Assembly: GCA_038087875.1 (NCBI GenBank)
Contig: CM075987.1
Coordinates: forward strand, 27,158,001 to 27,222,000
Reading direction: 5' to 3'
Source: Malacoraja senta
Taxonomy: Eukaryota
Length of the DNA: 64,000 bases
The notes beneath the pieces are model-generated. The model was not told the origin of the DNA, did no database searches, and saw only the letters and a program-made list of their open reading frames with translations. Every line of letters begins with the position of its first letter. The stretch's first letter is position 1. This document shows positions 63,741 to 64,000 of this stretch, one piece after another. A program made the position numbers and the translations under genes.

Positions 63741-64000
63741 CTCTCCTTCACTCTGACTCCAACTATAGTTTCACTCTCTCTCACTCTCTCTTTGCAAGCA
63801 GGAACTTAATTAGAAATAAATGACTCACGATGTTTGCAAAGAAGATCTGATATTCTAATAGTGGATTTGTCTTCATTGAACCCGAGATGTCATCTATCCA
63901 TGTTCCCATGAGATGCTGCCTGGCCTGCTGAGTTACTCCAGCACTTTGTGTCTTTATTTGTAAACCAGCATCTGCAGTTCCTTCTCTCTACACACAAGTC

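Overview
Eukaryotic (vertebrate) genomic DNA. The repeat content (HE1-like V-SINEs, CR1/HER1-type LINEs) points to a cartilaginous fish, probably a skate or ray; this is inference. The window holds a complete minus-strand NSMF (NELF/Jacob) gene: 16 coding exons from the ATG at 52969 to the TGA at 13325, about 512 aa, all introns GT-AG. It includes a 6-nt microexon (34688-34693) and a likely ~4.4 kb 3' UTR ending near an AATAAA at 8953-8958. As written, exon 9 carries two 1-nt insertions and exon 14 two 1-nt deletions, all in short homopolymers, most likely consensus errors. Most other DNA is retroelement debris: tRNA-derived SINEs, at least three CR1 subfamilies, Rex1/Babar 3' ends, and Penelope-like element (PLE) termini with hammerhead-ribozyme-like cores plus one GIY-YIG endonuclease fragment. 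There are also a hAT-type element, two Harbinger-like MITEs and many young minisatellites. The most notable structures are an inverted duplication bracketing exons 4-6, small mobile hairpin/tandem units built from hammerhead-bearing PLE termini, and a minisatellite derived from the exon 3 splice donor. I found no firm evidence of a wholly new biological system. Comparisons to human/rat NSMF are from memory and need an alignment. Almost all ORFs in the supplied track are spurious.
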